A stretch of 61,832 nt of DNA, filler included, from Sphacelaria rigidula (lineage: Eukaryota), in NCBI GenBank assembly GCA_964200075.2. It is 10 parts of 10 records of this genome, joined end to end, with 100 filler letters (N's around TTAATTAATTAA, not from the genome) between each part and the next. Parts side by side here need not be neighbours in the genome. Positions count along the whole stretch, not along the records: positions 49,547 to 55,639 come from CAXNAA020022276.1; positions 55,740 to 61,832 come from CAXNAA020022277.1; 8 more parts are not named here. One strand, written 5' to 3'. A program made the position numbers and the translations under genes. The notes beneath the pieces were generated by a model. The model saw only the letters and a list, made by a program, of their open reading frames with translations. It had not been told where the DNA came from and did no database searches. Shown one piece after another: positions 49,793 through 61,832 of the stretch (position 1 is its first letter; the number at the start of each line of letters is the position of its first letter).

Positions 49793-51007
49793 CGAGGTAC
49801 TCGCCTGCTGCGCCGACACGAGCGTGAGCTACCGCGCCTCTGTAACGTCTACCAAGCTCCTGGTAGCCCCGGGGGAGGATACGGTCAGTCGGGTGAAACG
49901 AACAAAAACAAACCTGGGCACACACACACACAGCGAGATGGTGGGAACTCCCACGCTTGGGGTTGATTCGCCAGTAGCGCCCATGAGAGGCGCTTCATCC
50001 AGCCTAACCAGCTATCACGCCTTGTATGGTCACTTTTTTTGTGGCAGTGTTGGGAACTGGTTTTGAGGTGGGCTGCATCGTTGCTACGTGCAGCGTGCTC
50101 GGGAGCCGTTTTTATTTATTTATTTACAACCCGCAGACGAGGTAGCGAAAAAAGCAGCACATACAGCCACCCCCCGTCATTCTCGTACCTTTGCACAACT
50201 ATGTATATTTATATATGCAGAAGATGCGCTTTTTCACTCACTTGCAGCAGTGTTGAGCATTTCGTAGGAGGAAGTATGCGGGAGAGGCACGGCTCCATCT
50301 ATTGCACACTGTGGCAGCTTCCACTAGGTGAGCCTATTGCCTGGAAACGCTAGCTCCTAGGGTAATACAACAGTAGCGTGACGGTCATCGTATAGTTTTT
50401 GAAGTATATATATTCTCCCTCAAACGACGGAGCTCTGAACCAGCCAGGGAAAGTATTGCTAGGTCTTCCTTAGATATGACGAGAAACAATTGCACCGTTT
50501 TTTGCAGAATATGGCTGGAAATGAAGCATGTAGATTAGTATTCAAGGATACTGTAGTACATCTTCCCCTGTTCAGAATCGAAATTTTCTTGCTTGAACCG
50601 TTTATGCCCGTCACAATGGACGATTGGGTTCCTCCAAAACCATCCGTCCCTTCACGACATTACCCTGGGCACTGAAATAACTTTATATAAAAAAACGGGT
50701 CGCAAGCACGCTGCACGTAGCAGCGATGCAGCCCACCCCAAAACCAGTTCCCAACACTGCCACGAAAATAGTGACCATACAAAGCATGATAGCTGGTTAG
50801 GCTGGGTGAAGCGCCTCTCATGGGCGCTACTGGCGGATCAACCTCAAGCGTGGGAGTTTCCACCATCTCGCTGTGTGTGCGTCCATTTTTGTTTTTGTTC
50901 GTTTCACCCGACTGACTGTATTCTTCTCCGGGGCTGCCAGGAGCTTGGTAGACGTTACAGACGTGCGGTAGCTCATGCCCGTGTCGGCGCAGCAGGCGAG
51001 TACCTCG
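49793..51007. mobile_element. Foldback element (about 1.2 kb) with about 320-bp inverted arms
   Basis: 49793 to about 50115 is the near reverse complement of about 50688-51007 (CGAGGTACTCGCCTGCTGCGCCGACACG / CGTGTCGGCGCAGCAGGCGAGTACCTCG). Confidence 0.9.
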
Positions 51008-51118
51008 CTGTTACACTTTCCCTGCTCTTTACTGCGAAAATATGTATGTACGCAAACGGCCAGCACCGTACTTGCTTCAGCGGCAGTTGCGCGACGGGGA
51101 CATCGCCCTATTACATAT

Positions 51119-51356
51119 GAGTGATGCTGCGATAGGGTCTGCGCTTTTGCGGCCTGAGAGGAAATCGGGATTTAGGCATGTCGAATCACCTTTGACTCTC
51201 ACCACAGTTCTTAGAGCCTCAGGGTGGAACATGCATCCATGACCCATGAGATAATTCCAGTCTGAGGTTCGGGCGGAGGTCACAATGTTCTCAGATATTG
51301 AATTTTCTCAGGCCGGTTTTGGCCCCCAAAGTGCAGACCCTATCGCAGCATCACTC
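51119..51356. mobile_element. Second Sola-like MITE family
   Basis: ATAT|GAGTGATGCTGCGATAGGGTCTGC ... GCAGACCCTATCGCAGCATCACTC|ATAT; perfect 24-bp TIR, 4-bp TSD. Confidence 0.92.
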
Positions 51357-51499
51357 ATATTCTGTAGCGCTTAGAGGCACGTCCTTTTCGAGAAACGTCG
51401 CACGCTGACGGTGTTTTTTCTCTTGAGCTGCTCTTTATGCTTGGGCTTCCGTATAGAAACTTCTGGGTTAGGGCTACATGGCCGAAACTGCTGGCGTAT

Positions 51500-54400
51500 C
51501 CCGAGCTTATTGAACGAAATAAATGAAACTTCGATGACGACTTTAAGCTCGCCCAAATGATGAACCCCAAATTCGATTCCACGCTGTTTCATTCAGAAAC
51601 TTGGGAACATGCGTAAACTTCTCTATTAGCATATCCAAGACTCCAATCAAGCTCCTGCAAAGCTAGGATAATCGAGAGTTTCGGAAGATACTTGTTTTCA
51701 TCATAGAGTCAGAGTGCAGAGTGAAAGGGTTGAAACTTCCGAGTGGACGCTAAAACGTTCATACCACTTTTCCCACAACGTAACGCTCTAGTATAGGTAA
51801 GATTCCGTCTGGTTGGTCTAACTCTGTTAGAGGTGTCCGTTTGCCTAGAAACAGCTCGCTCAGCTTATCAAATCCAGTGCTGATGGCGTCTCTTTCAGGT
51901 GATTTCTTCTAGTGAGCGAGATGTACTGACACATCGTTGGAGTAATCGCCTATTGTGATTCCGTAGACAATCAGCAATCGTTTCTCGGTTATCATGAAAG
52001 GCCCCTCCATGTTAATCGGAGTTTCGGATTCGGGCCTTTTGAGTCCTGGTATGGTCGGTAAAGATGTACGTTTTGACCGGGCTTGGACATTGAGAACAGC
52101 TGTAGCTTGTTGTCTTTGTTTTCTTGCTCATGAGAACTTCCTCGTAGAGCTTGTTTCGCAAGTTCGAATCCGAACTGTAAGTTTTTCCATGTTTCCTTGA
52201 AAAATTATTCGGGCGTTGCTGCTTGACTTTCTTCAGGGATACCGAGGATGATGTCAACTGGTGAGCTGGGTTGTCTTCCGAACAATAAAAAGTATCGTGA
52301 TCCTTGTACAGTATTGTGGTAGGATATGTTGTACGCCATTTGAATGAACGGACGCATAGATGCCCACTTTTTGCTTCCAACTGACATATGCATAGTTAAA
52401 ATTGCGTGCATAGTGGAGTGGACTCTTTCCGACACTAAAATACCTTGCGGGCGTAACGTTGTCGTGCGAGATTTGTTGAAACCCAGCGCTTGTTGAAGTT
52501 CGTGTATTCAGCTTGTTTTAAAATTCGGCTCCTCGGTCTGAATGCAGCTTTTCTGGAATGCCAAATGTAGTTAACATTCCATCAATGAGAGTTTTGGCTA
52601 TTGACGTGCTTTCTATGCGGTACCTGTGAGGTGGTCATTACGGACAGTACATATTTACATAATACCCCAGCGTATGACATCGAAGCTGTTTTATATTCGA
52701 CTAGATCTACCGGCACTGTTTTGTTTGGGCGTTCTACCGGAACGTGTACAGTCGGCAGTTCTGGCCGGTTGTGGACTGTTTTCTGCCGTTGCTATTCCTG
52801 CCTTAGAGTGCGTACTTCAGTGCTTGCTTTTTTTGCTTTTTTTTTAGGTCGACTGACATGAAGACGTTCGTGGCGCCTACGCGTACCGATTTCATGGTGA
52901 ACAACTCTCTGCCATTTTGTACCGGCTTGAAATTGTCGAGCTTTTCAGCTAATATATGAAACTGGTGATTGTCGTGAGAGAGTGCCCGGAATGACATAAA
53001 CTTCACCCGGTCTGTGTCTGACCATGAAGTCGTATGAGTGTAAAACGATCGGCCAACGGGTCAACATGTCACTTGTTTCTTGCATTGCATATAGATATCG
53101 AAAACCTGCATGATCTGCTACACACGTAAAGTGACGGCCCCATGAGAAGGGTCTGAAATGCTGGATGGCAAGTACAACGGCATAACATTCTTTCATGGTG
53201 GGTGAGTGGCGAGATTGAGCGTCGTTAAAACGTTGCCTAAGGTATGCTACGATTGCGTCGTCGTCGCCCTCCTTCCGGACAGGCACGCTCCCGCGCTTCG
53301 GTCTGACGTATCGACATTTATCGTAAAGTCTTTAGTGAAAGCTGGAAATATATGACAAATGCCTTGGTCATTGATTATTCAACTTCTTCAAAGGAGCAAT
53401 GCTACGGTACGGGTGCACTTGTTGCGCTGAATCCTGTCTGGCTCAGGGGTTCCTAACGATTGTAGATGCACAAGAATATGGGTTAGGGCATCCCGATTTG
53501 GAAATTCATTCGGGACGTCCCTAGCACATTGGAATAGTAACCCTGCCGTACTCCCGCATATTTCAAAGGCCGTGTTATGGATGAGATAAAGGGCTCCTAA
53601 CAATTTTAACTTCAGATAATATTCGTGCACCCCTACCGTAGCATCACTCGAAAGCTTCATCATGTTCGGTATTCCAGAGTTGATACTTGTTTCGCCGCTC
53701 CTTCCTTTGTAAGATTGCCCAGATCTGAATATTCAGGTGCTACATCTAAACTTGATGTGACCGGATGATCTTTTAGAGAGATTTTAGGCAGTTCCGATTT
53801 GGAATCAACAGCCACTGCTTATGGAATTGTTGTTTATTCTGGGAACAGGTTGAACATGTGTCAACGTGGAATCTAACGGCATTGATTCATCGGGCTACCG
53901 CGCAGAATGTAGCATAATGTAGGTCTCAACAAGTTGAGCTTTATTTTCGATGATTTTGAACCCTTGTCCAGTGTATCGTTTTTTCGACGGCTGTTATAAA
54001 GGCTGTATAGGAACTAACTCCAACCATGCTCTTGTTCAGCTTCTGCTTAATCCTATTTTGTACTTTCACGTCACAACTGAGAACTGTTTTGATGCCCCAC
54101 CGGAGGAGATACTGTACTGGGCTAGAAAACTCGCTTATTTCCGATATATTCCACCAGACGGTGCGCACCTCTTCTCCATTGCATGCGTACTGAGATGTGA
54201 AATATTGAACTATCTGCAGTTTTTAACTCCTCTCAACTTGTGAGCTGAGATGCGGCAAGACCGTCCGATACATCTCCTTCTCTCGCTTACTAAATGATAG
54301 GGAATGACAAGGTAGTGCATTCGCAGGTTGGGTAGTATTTTTGTTGGTGCTATTTCGAGTCACCGCGTTTCAAGGGATCGGCCTGCTTGATCGATTGCCG

Positions 54401-55600
54401 TGCCTCTCGCACTACGGTGGTGAGAGGTGGGTTGATAAGCGTGGCTTCGTTGTTTGACTAGCCATGCTGGTGGCATATAACGCAGGCTAATGAGAATAAT
54501 TTTCGCGTTTCGCTCTTTGAGTAGCCATGTAGCTGATATTTAATGCACGCTGAGGAGTTTAATTTCGCATTTAGCTGTTCGATTAGCCATGTGGGTGACA
54601 TATAATGCGCACTCAGGAGGCGAGTTGCGCTTTGACTCGAACGCGTTACTCCAATGACCTCTGAACTCGAACGATTGTGCACATGACTCATACGTTTCAC
54701 CTGCTGTAGCGTTCCTTGGAGGACTCCGGTGTTTCTGGCGTCGGAACAATAGGTTATCGTTCTTGTTTTATACTTTTACGGCCTGCCTCACCTGAGTTCG
54801 TTTCTGGTGTCGCCAATACGAGAAAGGTGTATCGCTAGGGCAGACAGAGGTCTACGGGGGAGATTATCTTTGAAGATGTCGTCCTGATGCCGAACGAGCT
54901 CCGAGGCTGGCGATGATTTCATCTTGTGATATGTACGCAAGAAGTGGGCCAGACTTGAGTGATCACCGTAGGGTGACTAGTTTCTCCGGGGATGCAGGGT
55001 CGTCCTGAGATCAGGCCCTTTTGGGCATCACCCCGAGTTATCTAGTATCGTTGGCATTACAGGATCTCGGTAATCTGGTCCTTTCCGGACCGTTCCTATC
55101 TTGTACCTGCATGCGCTGGTTATTCATACATGTGTGGCATTGATCTCTGATATGTTATTGCAAAGAGGTAGCTTCGACATAACATGGAATTGGTGAGTTT
55201 GATGGCCTCCTCTTTCTCCCAACAACTGCTACCGAGTCTCAAACGGCCGAGTGAGGATGGATAATCGCCGGCGGGAAAGTCGTGGGTCGATGAATCAACT
55301 ATTCAAACGTTGAATACCGGGTGGTTCACGCGCGTCACCCGGAAGCGTGTTACCAGCATATAAATGACTTCTGCAACGCCTACTCAATACCGGCATATTA
55401 GGTATCATACGAATCGCCGCCATTCACAAGTGAAGAGGGGAATGTGGCCATTCATTTGTTGAAAGCCACATATAGCGGTGTCACTTCGAGGGCGAAAATG
55501 TACCTCGACCAACCAGCGTCCTTGAAATCGTTCTAAAAATGAAGATACGAATTCTCCCCCCCCCCATTTCTCGGTTAGGAGAGGGGATAGAGATGAAAAC
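51500..55600 (-). mobile_element. Decayed Ty3/gypsy retrotransposon internal region (RT - RNase H - integrase); outer limits approximate
   Basis: RNase H ..HSPTMKECYAVVLAIQHFRPFSWGRHF..DH..L....LTRW...L.SYDF.VRHRPG; integrase TFGIPEKLHSDRGAEF and WASMRPFIQMAYN..LLFGRQP; gypsy domain order. Confidence 0.88.
53394..53650. mobile_element. Sola-like MITE (same family as 45601-45845) inserted in the gypsy pol
   Basis: AAAG|GAGCAATGCTACGGTACGGGTGCAC ... GTGCACCCCTACCGTAGCATCACTCG|AAAG. Confidence 0.88.
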
Positions 55601-56619
55601 ATATTTGCATGGCCCCATGGACGCTGCGAAAAATATGAANNNNNNNNNNNNNNNNNNNNNNNNNNNNNNNNNNNNNNNNNNNNTTAATTAATTAANNNNN
55701 NNNNNNNNNNNNNNNNNNNNNNNNNNNNNNNNNNNNNNNGTGGGGAAAGCACTGTTTTAGGCTTGAGCCTCATCTCGAAGTTAAACCTCAATTCTCACAA
55801 TTTGTTGTTAAATCTGTTTGTCAAGGTTATCATAGAAGATCCCCATACCCCAGAGAGAAAAGCATGGTCCGCCATTTTTTCGCCCGATATCGAGCCCATA
55901 CAGGAAGCTACGGGTAAAAATGGCCGCGTCTACAACAGGGGCTGAACTCAAGATTGACAGTACAGCCACGGTTCAGGGGCAAGAAGATGTGAACAACTTA
56001 GTCATGATTGAAATGAAAAATGATTTTGTGGACGATAAACACAACTAAAAAATGTTTCAGACACACTATATGCAGCCAGTGACTCTTTCTACGGTACCCA
56101 CCCCCCCGCCCGCCCCCCAGAACCAGCCTCGAACTGTCTCGAAGACAATAGTCATACAGCGCCTGGTGTTTGATTTAAGGTTGCATGAAAAGCTTCAGGT
56201 GGGACTGCTGCCGAGATAGCCCCCCCCCCCGAACCGACCAAAAACGTGCACGGAGGCGATGATCGTAAATGCCGTGAGAGCTGGTTTCGTGCTGCACGAC
56301 GCGCCTCATTTGGGCGTTGTAGCCGATCTCGGACTGCTACACGCCTCTCATGTGGGCGAACTTGGTGCAAACGAGCCCAATAGTGGCAGTGTAGCCGGTT
56401 TGTCGGACGGTCTCCGGTGCACTTCTTGTGGGGGGGCTATCTCGGCATTAGTCATGGGCGATATTGGCGAAAACGCACCCAAGCGTAGAAATTCGCAGCT
56501 GCGAGTTGTGCTCGGCCTTTTTCATTCGATTTACGCGTTGATTTTGCGTTTCCAAACCAGCAACGTCTTTTTGAGGGGAGAGGACTATGATATCGCGGAA
56601 AGTGTCTAGTTGCTGTAGT

Positions 56620-57420
56620 TGTTTGGTGCATACTTCGTTTCGGGACGATGTGTTCCTTGTTCGGCACCAAAACAGCTGATATTATTTACCACCCGTATTG
56701 GATAATAATCATCACCTCATCAAGAGCATTCAGACTCCACTTCTTTCGGATTCGCGCAGCTCCGAGGTTTGGAGACCGACCTCTGAGCACAATCCTACCA
56801 TGAATGAAATTCAAGTGTGAGGAAGGTTTGGGAATGTCATTCTGGATACAGCACTGTACATTTTCGAATGGACTCTCGTTCGGAGGCTACTATCGAACTC
56901 TCGGAGCCAAGCAAGTCGGAAGCGTTGGCTAGACCCCTCTCCGAGAAGTGGTGCACATTGCTCATGGTACGTATTATCGATGATCTCTCCTATTTTGGGG
57001 GTTAAACCCTGGCTCGAGTGTCCCCGAACTGCACAATCCTCCCGAAAACATCAAATTATTATACGCAGCGGCTCACCCACTCACAAAACCGTACGATATA
57101 TGGATCCTCTTCACACCCTTCAACGGTTTGACCACACGCGCTTCGCTCCCAACGCACCTACCTGACACCCCTTGGTCTTGGACCGCGCGTTTTTTGGCGT
57201 GATTATGCTTCCCTCCAGGCCCATCGAAGCGGAACAGATATCTGCCGACTTCACTCCCGAGGAGTTAATTTCCCGGGCGAGGGCGCTCAACGAGCGCACC
57301 CAAGCAGCGATAGTAGAGATGTACGAAACGCACCTTCCGCCGTGGGAGACCCGTGGAGTCGTGTTCCAGCGGTAGTTTCTTGAACTGAGCACGGGTGAAA
57401 CACGGCGCTTGACGTCAGAG
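56620..57420 (+). pseudogene. Probable decayed PIF/Harbinger transposase
   Basis: Ordered fragments MCSLFG, LLSDSRSSEVWRPT, RIID..NPGS, VLDRAFFG..ELISRARALNERTQAAIVE resemble Harbinger DDE motifs (..WP, GRII..N.PGS.HD, L.D.AF, N......R..VE). Confidence 0.42.
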
Positions 57421-57479
57421 TAGCCGAGCCAAGTTACTTGGTCCAAGCAGAGGTGAACCATGTCAATCGATATTTGAGT

Positions 57480-58150
57480 AGCCGAGCCAGGATGATGAAG
57501 AGGGTGCTGATGACGAAGCAAAGGTGCCCCGAGAACCGGAGGGACGACAGTTGGGGGCGTGCGAAAGCTACAACGAGACGCCTTGATAGGCTCGGCGCTA
57601 AGGCCGCACAGGGCGGCCGCGGAGGCCGAACGGGCAGGGGGTCGAAACGTTTCATCGTTGTCGGTACGAACAATAGCCCGTGTGCGTCTCTTTTCGAGTC
57701 GACAGATAGACCACTTCGCATTGCGGTACACGCCCCTACCTGGTCACGCTCCACATCTTCCTATTCTTGGCAGCATAAGCGCAACTCAAGAATATCTTTC
57801 ATCTCTGACGATAGGAGTGTGCCCGACAGTCACCCTGTGAGCCTTTGCACACTTTGTCAAGACAGCGGCTACACTCCGCTATACCAATAGCTTATGAGCC
57901 TCGTACAAGCAGTGCATAGAGCAACAGTGTCTGCGTGCAGCTCGTTATGCTGCGGATCGGCACATCGCATCCATGGGGTCAAACACTGCAGTTCTTCCCC
58001 CGGACATCCAAGTTCTTGGAGAGATCTTCGATCACGGACGTCGGAATCAACCGTATTATCACCAAGCTCAAGCTAGGTCGGTTCAACAGCATCACCACAA
58101 GATCGTGTTCCTCAAGTTCGCGCTATTCCAAGCCTCCAGCGAACTTCAGA
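57480..58150 (-). pseudogene. Possible second, convergent Harbinger-like transposase remnant
   Basis: Fragments DVRGRTAVFDPMDAMC, LLSSEMKDILEL, LHHPGSAT; by eye only. Confidence 0.28.
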
Positions 58151-60213
58151 TACTGAACACTCCACGTTTCCGCGCGAGGTTTGTTTCGAGACCAGACCAC
58201 CGGCGTCATTCGCAACACGATTTGGCCGACAGTGATTTTCAGCAACCCTCGCCGAAACCAAGGCGCTTCTTTCCGAGACGCTCGCAAGTGCTTTGCCGGG
58301 ACGCTCGCAGCTACCTCGGTATTCATTTCCGACAGCACGATAATTGCCTACTAAAAGAAGCGATATCTTTCTTTCTCGGGGTCTTGCTTTCTATGGGATT
58401 GCGCCCACACGAAACGAAACTTTATTCTCCGCCTTTTTCGCGCGAACTTTCTTTTTCATTTTGATGGGAGAGGTATCGGGCCACCGGCTATCATCAATCC
58501 GTTAAACATTACGCGCGTGCTATCTAGTACGTGCACACGTCTTCTGAAAATGTCACCCCTACACGTTCATTGTATGCGTCCACTTCGCAGGTAAATAAGT
58601 CAATTGCGAGCACTGCTGCAGTGTTTGGAACACACTAGTCAACGAACCCGATCGAGCGTTCTGTTTTCACCGGGCAATGTGTATGGCGGATCTTTGACGA
58701 CGCCTTTCAACCAGTACATTCAACCGGAGGTAGACTACAATCTATATTCGTGTTATATATATATATATACGACGTAGTTGTTATGACTTGATTCGAGTGC
58801 GAGCAACGAAAAAAAACATCTTCAGTTAGACTTGACATTTCCCTGTGCTCCTAGCGTTCGCTGAAGGCGCTTTCGTACAAATGGGCGCCTGTGGCGCCCA
58901 TCCGAGGTCTGCAAACGCCACATCTCGCCAGGTCAACTATATGCATCTCCCTTGCCCGACGGTTCCCGGTATGCCTTTCGTTGAGGTTAGGGTTGGCGAT
59001 AGCTGTGAAATTGTGTAGACCATGGAAAAACCACAGCCTTACTCCGGTCGACCGACCTCTTTGAAACAAACTCCAACTTGACTCCATCCAATACAGCCCA
59101 TATATTGTCAATGGATCGATGCCTCTTCGAAACCGCCAGCACCCTGTACCGAAGTTTGATTATGACCGTAAACTATTCTCCACCGAGACGCGATATCGAA
59201 TACCTTACGGTGTAAAATACTCAGCAATCACCGTTGCATAATTGAATAGCACTTGTTAGCAGCCTCCGTTTGAGTCCGAACTTGTGCCAAGCCCTCAGTA
59301 GGAAGTGCGATACCGTTTACGCATGAAACGCTACGCTTCGCGCTCGATTATCGATTTACGGTAAGGGTATGTTAAATTGGCACAGATGGATACTTCGTAT
59401 GTGAACATGGCGTGCGTGCCCTACAGAGCGCCTGTTGAGCTGCTCCGGTAGGCTCTGTTTGGGTCGAGATAAAATATTGTCAGGTATGCGCCAGGTGTTG
59501 CGTGTAGACCGCGCGGTCGAAGCGGCTAGCTACTGACATAAATAATGATGAGTATGGAGAATCCTGCGTGTATCTCAATTCGTTTTGGAGAACGTGGACT
59601 CTCTGGGCCTCGTAGGCTGTACTTCTTGCCGTGTACCTATGTGCTATTCGAAGTTTGACTTATCATGCAGACAGGGTCCTTCTCCGTCTTCGAAAGCACG
59701 CACGATTCCTTTATGGGATAGGGCAGTCATTGTGATGGATACAGCCTGCTCACTACTGAAACGTAAGGTCAAAGTCGCTTTTACATCCCGCTTTTTGTAG
59801 GGAAGCTCGCCCAGCTAGCGTCCCTCTGTTCGCTTCACGGCATGGATGGAGCCCTGTCAAACCGTCTCCAACGGCTTTCTCATGGTTCCTGCATCACGTG
59901 CATGTCGTATTGAATAGGCTACGTAGCTCGGGAGATTCCTGTTTTTCATGTCAACGCTATCCAAAGTGGGACTACTTGGGCACCGTTGGCACTAAACTCG
60001 GGTCGCGTGGGAGTTGCGAGCGAATGCTTCAAACACGTTATGTGCAAAACCCCAGCAAAGATCTTGAACTGATAAAGGTCAGATGAACCCGCCTTTGTCG
60101 ATAAAACGCCAATGATCATGTTCTGCGGGTCGCCCTAGGGCTGCGAGAAGCGACGTATTACGACTGTAGTAGAAGGTTCTCGCTACACAATGGAGCTGGC
60201 TGGCCGCCGCAAT

Positions 60214-60810
60214 GGGGCGGAGGGGGGAGGGGGGCGGTGAGGGGGCGTGTTCATGTGTTGCTTGCTCCAGTCGTGTGCCCGTTGGCTACCCATCTCTTTC
60301 GAGACGGAGCACCGTTCCTGTTTCTGGTGGAGACACTCACAACATCTGGGTACTCACGAGGCTTCTTCCATATATATCACGGCAACGTTTGATTTGTCAT
60401 CTTATCCCTATCCTGTTTCGTCGTCTGTGGCCACCATTGATCTTATAGTATAGCTATCGTTTCCTCCCTACTGATAGATGCACCAAACGATCCCATGCCA
60501 CCTTCGTTCACTTCCCCCATTCCCCCATCTGGCACGTCCCGTTCCTCCTTGTATAGTTCACATTCTGCCATACTACTGAGCCCTACTCTCTATTCCTTCA
60601 CTGCAGGGGAAACTCGGTGCATCTACTTCCTCACCTATTCGGCTACTGGTGTATCTCCTTCTTTCCGGCACGTTCCGGCCCCTCACCCAAAATCGCAGTC
60701 TCAACTTTCCTGCGGAGCCCTTTGGGCCATACAAGTATGCTTTCGTCCCTACCCACTCTCTCAACCCGTCGTATATCTTCAGGTGCTCTTCCTCGTCTAC
60801 TTTGTTTGAA
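60214..60810 (-). mobile_element. LINE 3' fragment with a C-rich tail
   Basis: KVDEEEHLKIYDGLREWVGTKAYLYGP..KLRLRFWV..PERRRYTSSR..FPCSEGIESR; G-rich tract at 60214-60246 on the plus strand. Confidence 0.88.
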
Positions 60811-61832
60811 GATTCAGGCACGCTGGTCCAAACAGCACTGACTGTGTGATCGATACGTGAGGGATGACTCGCTCAGCACCTACTGCCGAGCCGGTAGTCA
60901 CCCAGAACAAAGTAGTTTGGCTTTATCTTTCCCGATGATACCCAGCGTAGCAGCACAAATGGAGAGGAAGCACCCACGGACCCAGGGTGGAGAAGTAAAA
61001 CGACGGGCGCAGCTGTCGATCTGTTTGTTCCCTAATCAAGGAGATCATCCCTCCAACGTGCAGCCGGTCTGCACCTTGTCTTGTACCTTCAAAGGACAGC
61101 ATTCCAGAAACGGATATATGGCTCTCCATTTTCTGTACCCTTTTCCTGCACTCTCGGAACAATATCACCCCCCAAAAACTGATGACTGAGACTACACCTG
61201 ATAAACACCCTCCCTAATTTCGCACATCGGGAACTCAAAGCTATCATCTCAATCAAAACTCACTAAAGCAATGACCGAAACAACGTTCGGAGTCGACTAT
61301 GACACGCATCTAACGAGAATGTACTACACCCCCGAGTGGGATACACTGAAGTAATCCTCGCGGTGGCACCTCACTCGAGGAATCATAGCTTAATTAACGT
61401 AGTCACTAGCTCCGGGACACTCACGACAGACAAAGACGCTTGGTGTCGTGTTTCATTGTGCTGAGTTCGCCTTCTTGTTGCCTGCGTTTCTAGTACCCGT
61501 AGTCACATTTCTTGTCGCTGTCGCAACTCTGCCCGTGTCCCCTGAGCATCCAGTGTTCTTTTGTTTGTCTTCGAGGTTTCTCGACGTTAAGAAGACTGTC
61601 AATATATTCCAGCCTCCCGCATGTTTGGAGTTTTGATGACTCGTTTTCTGGATGTGTTTGTTGTTGTCACTGCTCAACCTCCTGCCGCCAGCCAAGAGAG
61701 CTCGCCGCATAGTATACTTGAACTGAGAGCGTTGGAAATTTGCACAGCCTGGCTGCTTGCATTTTGTGAGTTTTTACTCTAGTAGCAAATTAGCGGAATA
61801 ACTAGTTGCGGTTCGGGTAGTTGGATAACAAC

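Overview
Eukaryotic, repeat-rich DNA. The spliced exons with long introns, CAG/CA microsatellites and transposon families suggest a stramenopile, most likely a brown alga (inference). The window is not one locus: ten contigs of 6094, 6094 and eight times 6093 bp are joined by identical 100-nt N spacers containing TTAATTAATTAA, so nothing can be linked across a gap. Host-gene pieces are: three in-phase exons of coatomer beta-prime (COPB2/SEC27, minus); the first two exons of an EttA-type ABC-F ATPase with a long organellar-presequence-like N-terminus (plus); a divergent Gln/Gly-rich exon with NPF/DPF motifs (minus); and two in-phase MORN-repeat exons (minus). Most of the remainder is mobile DNA: about eleven pieces of one non-LTR retrotransposon family whose ORF is followed directly by a poly(C) tail, four tRNA-headed structured SINEs, a copia element with no room for RT/RNase H and an extra ORF in that position, a decayed gypsy pol, probable Harbinger and hAT transposase remnants, piggyBac-like and Sola-like MITEs, foldback elements and nested insertions. 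I found no prokaryotic-type system and no CRISPR array.
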